A stretch of DNA of 64,000 nt from positions 800,001 to 864,000 of the forward strand of contig OY969934.1 in NCBI GenBank assembly GCA_963704725.1, in the 5' to 3' direction. How positions within the stretch are numbered: position 1 is the stretch's first letter; each line of letters opens with the position of its first letter. The translations under genes were made by a program, and so were the position numbers. Below are positions 10,272 to 19,689 of the stretch, piece after piece. The notes beneath the pieces are model-generated. The model saw nothing but the letters and a program-made list of their open reading frames with translations. It was not told the DNA's origin and made no database searches. The DNA comes from an uncultured Actinomycetes bacterium. GTDB lineage: Bacteria > Actinomycetota > UBA4738 > HRBIN12.

Positions 10272-10967
10272 CTAGGGCGGAGATGCGGGTCGGTAGGTCG
10301 CCCGGAAGAAGGCGTACACGGGTGCGCCGGCGGGCGAGGTCCGCACGGCGGTTGCGCGCGTCGGCGCCCCCACGCTGAGCGAGAGCGTCACGGTGTCGTC
10401 GCCGGGACGGTTGGGATCGTACAGGCGCAGGCTGAGGTCGGTGGCGTCGAGGTCGTACCCCCACGCCAGCACCTGGTGGTTCTCCTTGAGCGCGAAGGGA
10501 TCGCTCGACCGGACCCGCACGAGTCCAAGCGGGCTCGGATGGCCCTCGTCGATGTCCCGCCGCACCTTCGGCCACTCCTCGTTCACCATGCGCCACGCCC
10601 GACCGTGGGGGGTGAGACCCAACCGGCTCAGGACGGTCTCGCCGTCCGAGAGCAGCGGGCTCATCAGCTGGAGGTATCGGGCCGGGCCAAACGGGAGGTC
10701 GAAGCTCGCGAAGAGCCGGTCGACGAGGTAGTCGAACAGGGGCCCGTCGGCGGGTGGAGTCGTTCCGGGGGGCGGGGTTCGGCCCGCCTCGAAGTAGTCG
10801 CGGGCGGCGAAAGCCATCCCGCCGCACAGCCCGTTCGACGCGTCACCGATCGGCAGGCTCACCACGCCGGGGATGCCGATCCGCCGGACCGGGACGTGGG
10901 GGAACGCGTTCGCGAACCCGAACCCGGAGGTGCTCGGCAGGAATCCCCCAACCACGCGCGTCGACAT
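10272..10967 (-). CDS. Hypothetical protein, possible papain-fold cysteine peptidase
   Basis: GLCGGM ... HQVLAWGY ... LYDPN gives Cys-His-Asp/Asn order. Confidence 0.55.
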   Translation of the reverse strand: MSTRVVGGFLPSTSGFGFANAFPHVPVRRIGIPGVVSLPIGDASNGLCGGMAFAARDYFEAGRTPPPGTTPPADGPLFDYLVDRLFASFDLPFGPARYLQLMSPLLSDGETVLSRLGLTPHGRAWRMVNEEWPKVRRDIDEGHPSPLGLVRVRSSDPFALKENHQVLAWGYDLDATDLSLRLYDPNRPGDDTVTLSLSVGAPTRATAVRTSPAGAPVYAFFRATYRPASPP

Positions 10968-11088
10968 CGCGATCTCCCTCACCGACCGGCCCTCGACCGG
11001 CAACCATGAACCCTAGCCCGTTGCGACGGCACTAGGATGAGCGCGCCGGCATCGGGGGGCCGGCGGCCGGTCACGCAACGGGAGGCGC

Positions 11089-12696
11089 ATGCGCGCTCGC
11101 ACGCTCGCCCTCGTCGGGCTGCTGGTGATCCCGATCGCCGGACTCGCGCTGCTCCTTGCGGCGCCCTCGCTGGACGTGCCGTGGGAGCATCACCCGTCGC
11201 ACTTCTGGCTCGTGCTGAGCGTCGCGCTGGCCAACGTCGTCCTCGGCGTCCTGGCCAGCGAGGCGTCGACGCGGCGAGGGGACGCCCGCCTGTTCCTCGT
11301 CTCGCTCGTGCTGCTCGCCAGCGCCGGGTTCCTCGCCCTGCATGCCCTCGCGACGCCGGGGGTGCTCCTGGAGGGTCCGAACCAGGGTTTCACGATCGCG
11401 ACGCCGATCGGGCTCCTGCTCGCCTCCGGCTTCGCCGCGGCTTCGGCGCTCGTCGGCGACGGCCGCGTGGCGATCTCGAGGTCCGCCATGCGATGGATGC
11501 GCGCGGCGCTCGGCCTCGTCATCGTGGCGTGGGCTGCGGCTTCGCTCGGCCAGGTCGGCATCCTCAACAACCCCCCGACGGTCGAGGCGCCGGTCGAGCT
11601 CCGCGTGATCGCGCCGATCGCGATCGTGCCGTACACGTTCGCCGCGATCCGGTTCCTGGCGCTGTTCCGCCGCCGCCGGCGCGCGCTCCCGCTCGCGATC
11701 GCGGTCGCCTTCGTGCTCCTCGCGGAGGCGATGGCCGCCGTCGCGTTCGGCCGGAGCTGGCACGTGACGTGGTGGGAGTGGCACGTGCTGATGGCCGTCG
11801 CGTTCGGCTCGATCCTCGTCGCCGCTCGACACGAGTACGTGCGCACGCGCTCGCTGACCGCGGCCTTCGGGGGCCTGTACCTGGAGCGGACGCTCGAGCG
11901 CGTCGACCGCCGCCAGTCCGACGCGCTGGGCGAGCTGGTCGTCGCGATCCGGGCGGACGAGCCCCTCGCGCCGGTGCTCGAACGGCTCCGCGAGGAGGGG
12001 TTCACGACCGAGGAGGCCTCGCTGCTCGAGCGGTCCGCGCGCGAGCTGGCGCGGGTGGACTCGCTCCTGCGCAGCTACGTCGGTCCTCGGCTCGCCGAGC
12101 GGCTGCGGGAGGAGCCGGCCCTGGCCGGCCTCGGCGGGCGCGAGGGCGAGGTCTCCGTCCTGTTCGCCGACCTCGCCGGGTTCACGACGTTCTCGCAGGG
12201 CCGGCCGGCCGGCGAGGTGATCCAGATGCTGAACGCCTACTGGGAGACCGTGGTGCCGGTCGTCGCCGGCACGGAGGGCGGCCTGATCGAGCGCTTCGCC
12301 GGCGACGCCGTCATGGTCGTGTTCAACGCCCTGGACGATCAATCGGACCACGCGGAGCGGGCCGGCCGGGCGGCTCTCGCCATGCGCGACGCCACCGAGG
12401 GGCTGGCGGAGGGCCATCCCGACTGGCCGAGGTTCCGTGTCGGCGTCCACACCGGGCCCGCCGCGATCGGCAACGTCGGCTCCGGTGAGCATCGGAGCTT
12501 CTCGGCGATCGGCGACACGACGAACGTTGCGGCACGACTGCAGTCGGCGGCCCGCCCGGGCCAGGTGCTCGTCAGCGCCGAGACGCGGAGGCGGATCGGC
12601 GACGCCGCGACGGCCCAGCCCCTCGGCCCGACCGCTCTGAGGGGCAAGGACGAGCCGGTCGAGGTCTTCGAGCTCGTCGGGGTCGACCGGGCGTGA
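11089..12696 (+). CDS. Membrane-bound class III adenylate/guanylate cyclase
   Basis: Multiple TM helices; VLFADLAGFT, FAGDAVM, RVGVHTG, IGDTTNVAARLQ, LRGK. Confidence 0.9.
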   Translation: MRARTLALVGLLVIPIAGLALLLAAPSLDVPWEHHPSHFWLVLSVALANVVLGVLASEASTRRGDARLFLVSLVLLASAGFLALHALATPGVLLEGPNQGFTIATPIGLLLASGFAAASALVGDGRVAISRSAMRWMRAALGLVIVAWAAASLGQVGILNNPPTVEAPVELRVIAPIAIVPYTFAAIRFLALFRRRRRALPLAIAVAFVLLAEAMAAVAFGRSWHVTWWEWHVLMAVAFGSILVAARHEYVRTRSLTAAFGGLYLERTLERVDRRQSDALGELVVAIRADEPLAPVLERLREEGFTTEEASLLERSARELARVDSLLRSYVGPRLAERLREEPALAGLGGREGEVSVLFADLAGFTTFSQGRPAGEVIQMLNAYWETVVPVVAGTEGGLIERFAGDAVMVVFNALDDQSDHAERAGRAALAMRDATEGLAEGHPDWPRFRVGVHTGPAAIGNVGSGEHRSFSAIGDTTNVAARLQSAARPGQVLVSAETRRRIGDAATAQPLGPTALRGKDEPVEVFELVGVDRA

Positions 12697-12697
12697 T

Positions 12698-12746
12698 GCG
12701 GGTTTCCCGACCGACTTCGGGGGAACCCGCGCGGGTTTCCCGACCG
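12698..12746. repeat. 16-bp direct repeat with an intervening imperfect inverted copy
   Basis: gcgggtttcccgaccg at 12698-12713 and 12731-12746; tcgggggaacccgc between them. Confidence 0.7.
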
Positions 12747-12852
12747 GTGTCGCGCAAACCCGAGCGCGCGAAGAGTGGGGCTCTCTGCATAGCCGAAATG
12801 GCCGAGTCGCTCCGATGCATCGGTGGAGATTGCGAACGAGGAGAGAAGCGCG

Positions 12853-12951
12853 ATGATGATGAATCGGACTCGGCAGCGGTGGGTCGCCTTCGCGAAGCTC
12901 GCCTCCATCACCGCGCTGTTCGCGCAGCTGGCCTACGGGCCCCGTTGGTGA
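12853..12951 (+). CDS. 32-aa hydrophobic small peptide ending GPRW (not in ORF track)
   Basis: RBS GAGGAG; MMMNRTRQRWVAFAKLASITALFAQLAYGPRW*; high-GC3 codons. Confidence 0.55.
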   Translation: MMMNRTRQRWVAFAKLASITALFAQLAYGPRW

Positions 12952-13181
12952 GCCCGACCGCATTCGCGGTGGCCTCCCTGACGGCCACCGTCACCGCATC
13001 CACCCCATCCCGAGCCGGACGTCGATCAGCTCGACCCCGCCGGCAGGACCGGCCACAGCGCCGTCGGTGGGGAAAGGGACCGAAAGGCGACCGGATTTGG
13101 GCGAAGGATGGATGGCCCGGCGCGTCCGATGCCGTACGGTCCAGGACCGTTGAAGCTTGAGCTTCGGATCGGAGTGAGCAC

Positions 13182-13580
13182 ATGAAGAAAGCGTTCGTCA
13201 CCTTTGCCGCCCTGACGTGGGTGCTCGCGCTCGGGACCGTCGCGGCGAACGCCGCAAGCCCCGTGTCGCACTGCTCGGGCCACAACGACCCCACCTTCAC
13301 CAAGGCGGAGGGCCAGGGCGCGTTCGACGTTGATGGCATCGTCGTCACGGTCGCCGGTCCCACGGTCTCGTTCGCCGACGAGCTCGGCAACCCGATCGTC
13401 GTCGAGTTCTGCGTGAAGGCCGCGCTCGGCAACAGCGGGGCGCAGGTCGGATCGTCGTTCACCGTGGATTGGCTGAACAACGGCGGACAGGTGCCCGACA
13501 TCAGCTACACGGTCGTGTACGGGGTGCACGAGCCCGATCCCTGCGAGATCGACCCGGAGTCGTGTGGGGGTCCCTCGTAA
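13182..13580 (+). CDS. Small secreted hypothetical protein
   Basis: RBS GGAG; clear Sec signal ending ANA-A; followed by a terminator. Confidence 0.75.
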   Translation: MKKAFVTFAALTWVLALGTVAANAASPVSHCSGHNDPTFTKAEGQGAFDVDGIVVTVAGPTVSFADELGNPIVVEFCVKAALGNSGAQVGSSFTVDWLNNGGQVPDISYTVVYGVHEPDPCEIDPESCGGPS

Positions 13581-13603
13581 GGCTCACGGCATCAGAGAGC
13601 AGC

Positions 13604-13634
13604 AAGGGGAGCGGCCTCGTGCCGCTCCCTTCTT
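13604..13634 (+). terminator. Intrinsic terminator
   Basis: gggagcggc-ctcgt-gccgctccc followed by ttctt. Confidence 0.75.
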
Positions 13635-13763
13635 CGTTCGGGCGTTGCGCACGGCATGTGCACGAAGCGCGTTCGCTCCGATCAGATATCCGGTGTCCGT
13701 GGTGGTCCGAACGCGTCTCGAGGCGAGATACTGCATAGCTTCGCGAGCCGGAAGGACGATCGC

Positions 13764-14798
13764 ATGCGATACGACCCCGACCGCCACGACACGCCCACCA
13801 CGAAACCATCGAGGAGCCGAGCACCCTGGCTCGTGGTCCCCGCGCTGGTCGCGCTCGTCGCGCTCGCGCAGCCGGTGGCCGCGATCCCCGGCCCCGATCC
13901 CGCGGACGCGCCACCTGCCTTCACGATCTACGTCGTGGGCAACAGCGACGGGGAGACGGAGGCACTCGAAGCCTTGGACTTCGCGCGGGCCGACAACTGG
14001 GACTTCGGCGATCGCGAGGCGTACCGCTGCGCGTACGTGGAGTACATCGTCGGCGGACAGGTCTTGTTCAAGCTCGAGCTCGAGCGGCTCGCGGTGCCTG
14101 GACAGGCGGACAACTACGTCGCGCTCAACGACGAGGGCGGCATGGAGTCCGGGGAGGGCGGGAACCCTCCGTCCCCCGGCGATCTGTGCGGCATGCCCGC
14201 CGGCGCGGGACCGCTCCAGTTCGACGGGTCCGCGTTCGTCTCCGGGGGAGCGACCTTCACCGTGACCCGGGACGGCTCGCCCCTCGCCACCTACTCGCTG
14301 CCCGCGGTCTCCCCGACCAACCCGGAGTCGTTCTGGTCCCCGGGCAACGATCCGGGCGAGGCGTACCTGTGGTACATCGCGCCGGGCGAGGCCAACGACC
14401 CCGTCCTGCGATTCACGGTCGTCCCCATGGCGTCGGGGGTCTCCGTCGACGGCCTGCCGGCTCCGTCGCCCTCGCCGACCCCCGGGCCGGTCGGCGACCA
14501 CGCGAGCGACGTGACCCTGCGGCTCAGCGGCGGGCTCCGAGCCCACGGCCACGTCCGCGTGCCGGACGGGACGACGTCGTGCAAGGCGAACCGTCTCGTG
14601 ATGGTCGAGCGGCGCAGGCCCGGCGGCTGGTCCGACGTCGGCCGTGACCTCTCGGGGGCCCTGGGCTCGTACCGCCTCCACATCCCCGAGCGCGCGGGTA
14701 CCTACCGCGCGCGGGTGCTCGACGAGACGCTCGCCACGGGCGACGTGTGCGAGAGCGCGACGTCGGGGCCGCGTCACTGGCGGAGCCGCCACCGCTGA
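13764..14798 (+). CDS. Secreted hypothetical protein with Pro/Ser/Thr linker and C-terminal beta-sandwich
   Basis: Signal-like hydrophobic stretch; PAPSPSPTPGP linker; strong coding bias. Confidence 0.7.
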   Translation: MRYDPDRHDTPTTKPSRSRAPWLVVPALVALVALAQPVAAIPGPDPADAPPAFTIYVVGNSDGETEALEALDFARADNWDFGDREAYRCAYVEYIVGGQVLFKLELERLAVPGQADNYVALNDEGGMESGEGGNPPSPGDLCGMPAGAGPLQFDGSAFVSGGATFTVTRDGSPLATYSLPAVSPTNPESFWSPGNDPGEAYLWYIAPGEANDPVLRFTVVPMASGVSVDGLPAPSPSPTPGPVGDHASDVTLRLSGGLRAHGHVRVPDGTTSCKANRLVMVERRRPGGWSDVGRDLSGALGSYRLHIPERAGTYRARVLDETLATGDVCESATSGPRHWRSRHR

Positions 14799-14829
14799 CC
14801 CCCGGGCGCAAGATCGCCCGGCCGGCCGG

Positions 14830-15513
14830 TCACTCGTAAGGGTCTTCGGGTGCCGGGATCTCGTCGACGGTGGTGGCGGCGAGCCATGGCGTGTCGCCGC
14901 TCCCGGGCTGGAACGTCCCCGTCACCGTCACCCACTGGTCCCGCGCCGGGGGGTCGCCGCTCACGCCCGTGACGTGGAGCACGACGGGCGCGGCGTCGGC
15001 GGCGCAGCACGCGATCTCGTAGCGGGCCAGCCGGAACCCGTCCTCCTCGGAGCCCGCGACGAATCCGGTGAGCCGCACGGGCCTGCCGTGGAAGCTGTTC
15101 CCCTCGTGATCGAACGCCCGCTGGCCGAACTCCAGCAGCGTCATCGGCACGGGCTCGTCGCTCTCGGGAAGTGGGTCGAAGACCGGAGCCCCCGCGCGGA
15201 CGTCCACGACGGCCCCGCGGTCGACGCCGTAGCTGCCGAGCGTCGGCGGGGCCACGAGCAGGAGCGCCGCGATCGGCGCCAGGAGGAGCCATCCGACACG
15301 GACGCCGGCGCCGTGGTCGTGCGCGTCCTCCGACGGGGTCCCTCGGAGCGCGCGCACCAGGGTGACGGCGCCGAGCGCGATCACCAGCACCGCGGCGACG
15401 GCGAGCCACGGACCCATGCCGACGCGGACGTAGCGACGGTAGGTGCCCGTGATCGTGAGCCGGAGCAGGACGGTGCCGATGAGGAGCGTGATCGTGCCGC
15501 CGGCGGCCGTCAC
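14830..15513 (-). CDS. TIGR03943/DUF1980 (YcgQ-like) membrane protein
   Basis: YRRYVR, HDH loop, LTGFV, CCAADA motif; GTGA overlap with the permease gene. Confidence 0.85.
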   Translation of the reverse strand: MTAAGGTITLLIGTVLLRLTITGTYRRYVRVGMGPWLAVAAVLVIALGAVTLVRALRGTPSEDAHDHGAGVRVGWLLLAPIAALLLVAPPTLGSYGVDRGAVVDVRAGAPVFDPLPESDEPVPMTLLEFGQRAFDHEGNSFHGRPVRLTGFVAGSEEDGFRLARYEIACCAADAAPVVLHVTGVSGDPPARDQWVTVTGTFQPGSGDTPWLAATTVDEIPAPEDPYE

Positions 15514-16541
15514 AGCAGCCACCACCCGACCAGGACGCTCGACGCGACGGCGACGACGAGGGTGAGCGGGGCGAACCGGACGGCGAAGGCGCGGCCGAAC
15601 GTTCCGGCCTGCAGTGCGACGAGCTTCACGTCGACCATGGGCCCGACGACCATGAACGCCAGCCGGGCCCCCAACGAGAACTGCGTCAGGCTGGCGGCGA
15701 CGAACGCGTCGGCTTCGGAGCAGATGGCCATGACCACGGCCAGGGCGGCGAGCGCCACGAAGGCCACCGGCCCCGCGCCGGCCACCGTGTCGAGCAGGCT
15801 CCTCGGCACGGCCGTCTGCAGGGTGGCGGCCGTCGCCGCTCCCACGATGAGGAAGCCGCCGGCGTTGAGGAGGTCGTGCTGCGCCGTGGCCACGAACACG
15901 GCCGCCGGTCGCCCCTCGTGAACGGGGCGCCGGCGCACGTGATCGAGCAGCTCGTCGCGGCCGCTGCGCGCCCAGATCAGGCCGACGACCGTCGCGGCGA
16001 GCAGGCTCGCCAGGAGCCGGGCCAGCACCACCTCCGGCCGGCCGGGGAACGCGACCGCCGTGGCCACCAGGACGACGGGGTTGATGGCCGGAGCCGACAG
16101 CAGGAACGCCAGGGCCGCCGCGGGCGGCGCCCCCCGGGCGACGAGGCGGCCGGAGATCGGGACCGACCCGCACTCGCATCCGGGGAGCGCGGCACCCGCC
16201 ACGGCGGCCACCGGGACCGCGAGCATGGGGCGCCGGGGGAGGAGCCGCGGCAGGAACCCGGCCGGGACGAGCGCGGCCACGGCCGCGCTCACGCCGACGC
16301 CCAACACGAGGAACGGCATGGCCTGCACGGCGATCGCCACGAAGATCGTGGCCCAGTGCGCGATCGCCGGCTGGTCGAGGAGCCGCTCGAGCACGGGCCG
16401 GAACGCCGCGGCGGCCACCACGACGAGTGCCACGACCGCCACGCCGGCGTCGCGAGGGCGGATCCGGGCGCGGCGGGGGTGCTCGTGCTCCGTCGCCGGG
16501 ACCCCGGTCGCGGCAGCGCCGTCGCCGACCGCTCGCACCAT
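15510..16541 (-). CDS. DUF318/ArsP-type permease (YcgR-like)
   Basis: QAMPFLVLG, PGCECGSVP, APAINP, CSEADAFVA, GPMVDVK. Confidence 0.9.
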   Translation of the reverse strand: MVRAVGDGAAATGVPATEHEHPRRARIRPRDAGVAVVALVVVAAAAFRPVLERLLDQPAIAHWATIFVAIAVQAMPFLVLGVGVSAAVAALVPAGFLPRLLPRRPMLAVPVAAVAGAALPGCECGSVPISGRLVARGAPPAAALAFLLSAPAINPVVLVATAVAFPGRPEVVLARLLASLLAATVVGLIWARSGRDELLDHVRRRPVHEGRPAAVFVATAQHDLLNAGGFLIVGAATAATLQTAVPRSLLDTVAGAGPVAFVALAALAVVMAICSEADAFVAASLTQFSLGARLAFMVVGPMVDVKLVALQAGTFGRAFAVRFAPLTLVVAVASSVLVGWWLL

Positions 16542-16692
16542 GGGCGGGGAGCATACCCCCCTTCCGGCGAGCGCCCGGGCCCTCGCGGGCACCACACCGG
16601 GGCGTTCACGGAGGGGTCATGCACGCTTCACGCAGACGTGGCAGGATTGCGCCTTCTCGTTTCGGTGGACCGTCGGCCTGGGGGAGGGCGAG

Positions 16693-18573
16693 ATGACGCG
16701 GAAGGTGCTTCGGGGCTGGGCTGGTCAGGTATCGCTGGCGATCGTCGCGGTGTGCGTGGTCCTCGCCGCGCCCCTGGCCTCACCGAATCGGGTCTCCAAC
16801 GGCGTCATCATCTCGGGCGCGAGGTCGCTGTCCGACCAGGTCCTCGTCAGCTTCGCCAAGCCCGCCTCGCAGCGCACCACGGACATCCACGTCCTCGCGT
16901 TCAACGACCTGCACGGGAACCTCGAGGCCGGCGGGCTGAACATCTACGGCCACTTCGCCGGCGGGGCCGCCTACCTGGCCAAGGCGATCGAGGACCGCCA
17001 GGCCCTGTACGGGGGTCACGAGGTGACCGTGTACGCGGGCGACAACATCGGCGCGAGCCCGCTCGCCAACGGGCTGTTCTTCGAGGAGCCGATCACGATC
17101 GCGTCGAACATGATGAACGTCGACTTCGCCTCGGTCGGCAACCACGAGTTCGACAAGGGCTCGGCCGAGCTCCTGCGGATCCAGAACGGCGGCTGCCGCC
17201 CGGTCGAGGGCTGCACCGCCGCCCCGTACCAGCTCCCGGACGGCACGACCACGGACGTCTTCCCCGGGGCCGACTTCCAGTACCTGTCCGCCAACGTCGT
17301 GGTGGACGCGACCGGGCAGACCCTGTTCCCGGCGTTCGGGATCGAGCGATTCAAGTCCGACAGCGGGACGAAGCTCTCGGTGGGCTTCATCGGCGAGGTG
17401 CTCGAGTCGACGCCGACCATCGTGACGCCGACGGGCGTGGCCGGTCTGACGTTCCAGGACGAGGCCGACGCGGCGAACCGGGCCGTGCAGCAGCTGCGGC
17501 GCCAGGGCGTCCAGACCTCGATCCTCGTGGTCCACGAGGGCGGGTTCCAGACGTCGCCCGCCTCGCTGAACGGCTGCACGGGCGCCCTCGCGGGCAGCCC
17601 GATCCTCGACATCGCGAGCCGCCTCGACCCCTCGATCAAGGTCATCGTGTCGGCGCACACCCACGCCGAGTACCGCTGCACGATCACCACCGACGGCGTG
17701 ACCCGGCTCATCACCAGCGCCTCTTCGTTCGGCCGGATCCTCACGGACCTCACGCTCACGATCAACGACAAGACCGGCAGGCTCGTCCAGGCCGGCGCCG
17801 AGAACGTGATCGTCGACAACGCTCTGAACGCGCCCGGTGCCGGCGTGGTCCGGATCCCGGACCCGTCCAAGGAGGACCCGCAGGTGGCGGCGGTCGTCGA
17901 CCAGTACGTGACCGCGTCCGCGCCGCTCGCCAACCAGGTGATCGGTCGCATCCAGGGCGATCTGACCCGGACGGGCTCGCCGCAGGGCGAGTCGGCGCTC
18001 GGCGACGTGATCGCCGACGCGCAGCTCGCCGCGACGGCGCCGGCGGGGCTCGGCGGCGCCCAGATCGCGTTCATGAACCCGGGTGGGATCCGGGGCGACA
18101 TGCACACCAGCGACATCTCCTCGGGCGGTGAGGCGATCGGCGAGGTCACGTACGGCGAGGCCTTCACGGTCCAGCCGTTCGGCAACAGCCTGGTCACGAA
18201 GACGATGACCGGCGACATGATCCGGCGACTGCTCCAGCAGCAGTTCGTCGGATGCGCGGTCCCGACCTCACCGCGGATCCTGCAGATCTCGAGCACCTTC
18301 TCGTACGAGCAGGACCCGGCGGCGGCCACCTGCGAAGGCCACATCGGCCGGATGTGGGTGAACGGCGTGGAGATCGGGCCGACCGACTCGTTCCGCGTGA
18401 CGATGAACAACTTCCTGGCGACGGGGGGCGACGGGTTCACCGTCTTCAACGAGGGGACCGACTCCCTGGGCGGCGCGCAGGACATCGACGCGCTCGTGGC
18501 CGCGTTCGGGGCGGCCGAGCCGGCCGGCATCGCGGTGCCGCCGCTCGATCGCATCGTTCCGATCGCGCCCTGA
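16693..18573 (+). CDS. Bifunctional metallophosphatase / 5'-nucleotidase
   Basis: FNDLHG, AGDNIG, GNHEFD, AHTH, NPGGIR, QPFGN, FLATGGDGF. Confidence 0.92.
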   Translation: MTRKVLRGWAGQVSLAIVAVCVVLAAPLASPNRVSNGVIISGARSLSDQVLVSFAKPASQRTTDIHVLAFNDLHGNLEAGGLNIYGHFAGGAAYLAKAIEDRQALYGGHEVTVYAGDNIGASPLANGLFFEEPITIASNMMNVDFASVGNHEFDKGSAELLRIQNGGCRPVEGCTAAPYQLPDGTTTDVFPGADFQYLSANVVVDATGQTLFPAFGIERFKSDSGTKLSVGFIGEVLESTPTIVTPTGVAGLTFQDEADAANRAVQQLRRQGVQTSILVVHEGGFQTSPASLNGCTGALAGSPILDIASRLDPSIKVIVSAHTHAEYRCTITTDGVTRLITSASSFGRILTDLTLTINDKTGRLVQAGAENVIVDNALNAPGAGVVRIPDPSKEDPQVAAVVDQYVTASAPLANQVIGRIQGDLTRTGSPQGESALGDVIADAQLAATAPAGLGGAQIAFMNPGGIRGDMHTSDISSGGEAIGEVTYGEAFTVQPFGNSLVTKTMTGDMIRRLLQQQFVGCAVPTSPRILQISSTFSYEQDPAAATCEGHIGRMWVNGVEIGPTDSFRVTMNNFLATGGDGFTVFNEGTDSLGGAQDIDALVAAFGAAEPAGIAVPPLDRIVPIAP

Positions 18574-18585
18574 TCTCGCGGGATT

Positions 18586-18614
18586 CCCGGTCCGGGCCGT
18601 CGGCCCGGACCGGG
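18586..18614. terminator. Hairpin between convergent genes
   Basis: cccggtccgggccg-t-cggcccggaccggg inverted repeat. Confidence 0.7.
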
Positions 18615-18623
18615 GCCTGCGCC

Positions 18624-19331
18624 TCAGAGCGGGTTGAGCTCCGCCGCCATGCGTCCGAGCCCGTCGCGGGTGGCGTTCAGGGCCCGGGCCAGGACCCGGC
18701 GGCCGTCCGCCGTGTCGGTCGTCTCCATGTGGATCCAGACCTCGACGCCCGCCCGGATCTCCTCAGGGGTGGCTCCCGTGACCACGGTGCGCAGGCTGAG
18801 ATGGCCGGCGATCCGGACGTCGCCGTGCGTCGCGGTGAAGGACAGATCCTGCGGCGTCCAGGTCTCCGACTCGAGCGTGAGGCGGATCGGGTCGCTCGTC
18901 CCCAGGAAGACGTCGATGTGCCCGCCGTGCGGCCGTCGGTGCACGTCCGGGAACCAGAACTCGTTGGCGGCCGGGTCCGTGAACTGACGGCGGATCTCCT
19001 CGACGGGGACGACGAACAGCTTGCGCTCGTCCCAGCCGATCACGGCACGGTCGCGGTCGCGGTGCCGTCCGGCCCGTGGGGCTCCGAGGGCCAGGGATGC
19101 CGCGCGATCGGCGGCCTCGAGGTCTCCCCGCGCCACGGCCTCGGCGAAGTGCCGACAGGCTCGGTTGGTGCGGCCCCGCCCTCCGGTTCGCCGTGGGCCG
19201 GCGATCCGTGACGGCCCGTCGGCCGCGAGAGACAGCGTCACCGCCAGGAGCATGACCCCGATCGCCACGAGCGCCGCGAGCTCCAGCCATTCGAAGGCAA
19301 CGGTCTGAGGCACCTGCATCGGGGGTCCCAT
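18624..19331 (-). CDS. Hypothetical protein, N-terminal TM helix, possible SRPBCC-like C-terminal domain
   Basis: RBS GAGGAGG; C-terminal half ...EFWFP...LGRMAAEL is SRPBCC-like (weak). Confidence 0.5.
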   Translation of the reverse strand: MGPPMQVPQTVAFEWLELAALVAIGVMLLAVTLSLAADGPSRIAGPRRTGGRGRTNRACRHFAEAVARGDLEAADRAASLALGAPRAGRHRDRDRAVIGWDERKLFVVPVEEIRRQFTDPAANEFWFPDVHRRPHGGHIDVFLGTSDPIRLTLESETWTPQDLSFTATHGDVRIAGHLSLRTVVTGATPEEIRAGVEVWIHMETTDTADGRRVLARALNATRDGLGRMAAELNPL

Positions 19332-19432
19332 GTCGCTCGACCTCCTCGCCCCAGGTCTACACCCCGCGATCCGGCCCCTTGACCGGCCGTTCGTCTCATA
19401 GATCCGGGGACGCCTGTCCCGGGCGTGGTTCC

Positions 19433-19476
19433 GTCAGGACAGATTGACAAACCAGCGGTCGTCAACGTAGACTGAC
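19433..19476 (+). promoter_or_regulatory. Leaderless sigma70-type promoter with two GTCA-N8-TGAC palindromes
   Basis: TTGACA 19444-19449, TAGACT 19468-19473, ATG 19480; palindromes at 19433-19448 and 19461-19476. Confidence 0.7.
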
Positions 19477-19479
19477 GCC

Positions 19480-19683
19480 ATGGGGACGACGCGGATCGCG
19501 GCCGACATGAGCTCCGGCGACCCGGCGGTCGGCCTCCGAGCGGCCGGCGCGCTGCACCGGCTGGCCGAGCAGGTCGAAGCGACCCACGTCCGGCTGGCCA
19601 GGGACCGCGGCTGGTCGTGGGAGCAGATCGGAGACGCCCTGGGCGTCTCACGCCAGTCCGTCCACGCGAAGTACGGGAGGTGA
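19480..19683 (+). CDS. Small helix-turn-helix protein
   Basis: ARDRGWSWEQIGDALGVSRQSVHAKY. Confidence 0.85.
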   Translation: MGTTRIAADMSSGDPAVGLRAAGALHRLAEQVEATHVRLARDRGWSWEQIGDALGVSRQSVHAKYGR

Positions 19684-19689
19684 GGAGCG

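Noticed and set aside
12740-13140. c-di-GMP or c-di-AMP riboswitch upstream of the secreted protein
   Set aside because: Only isolated fragments (gcaaacc, gaaa); the conserved stem architecture could not be built
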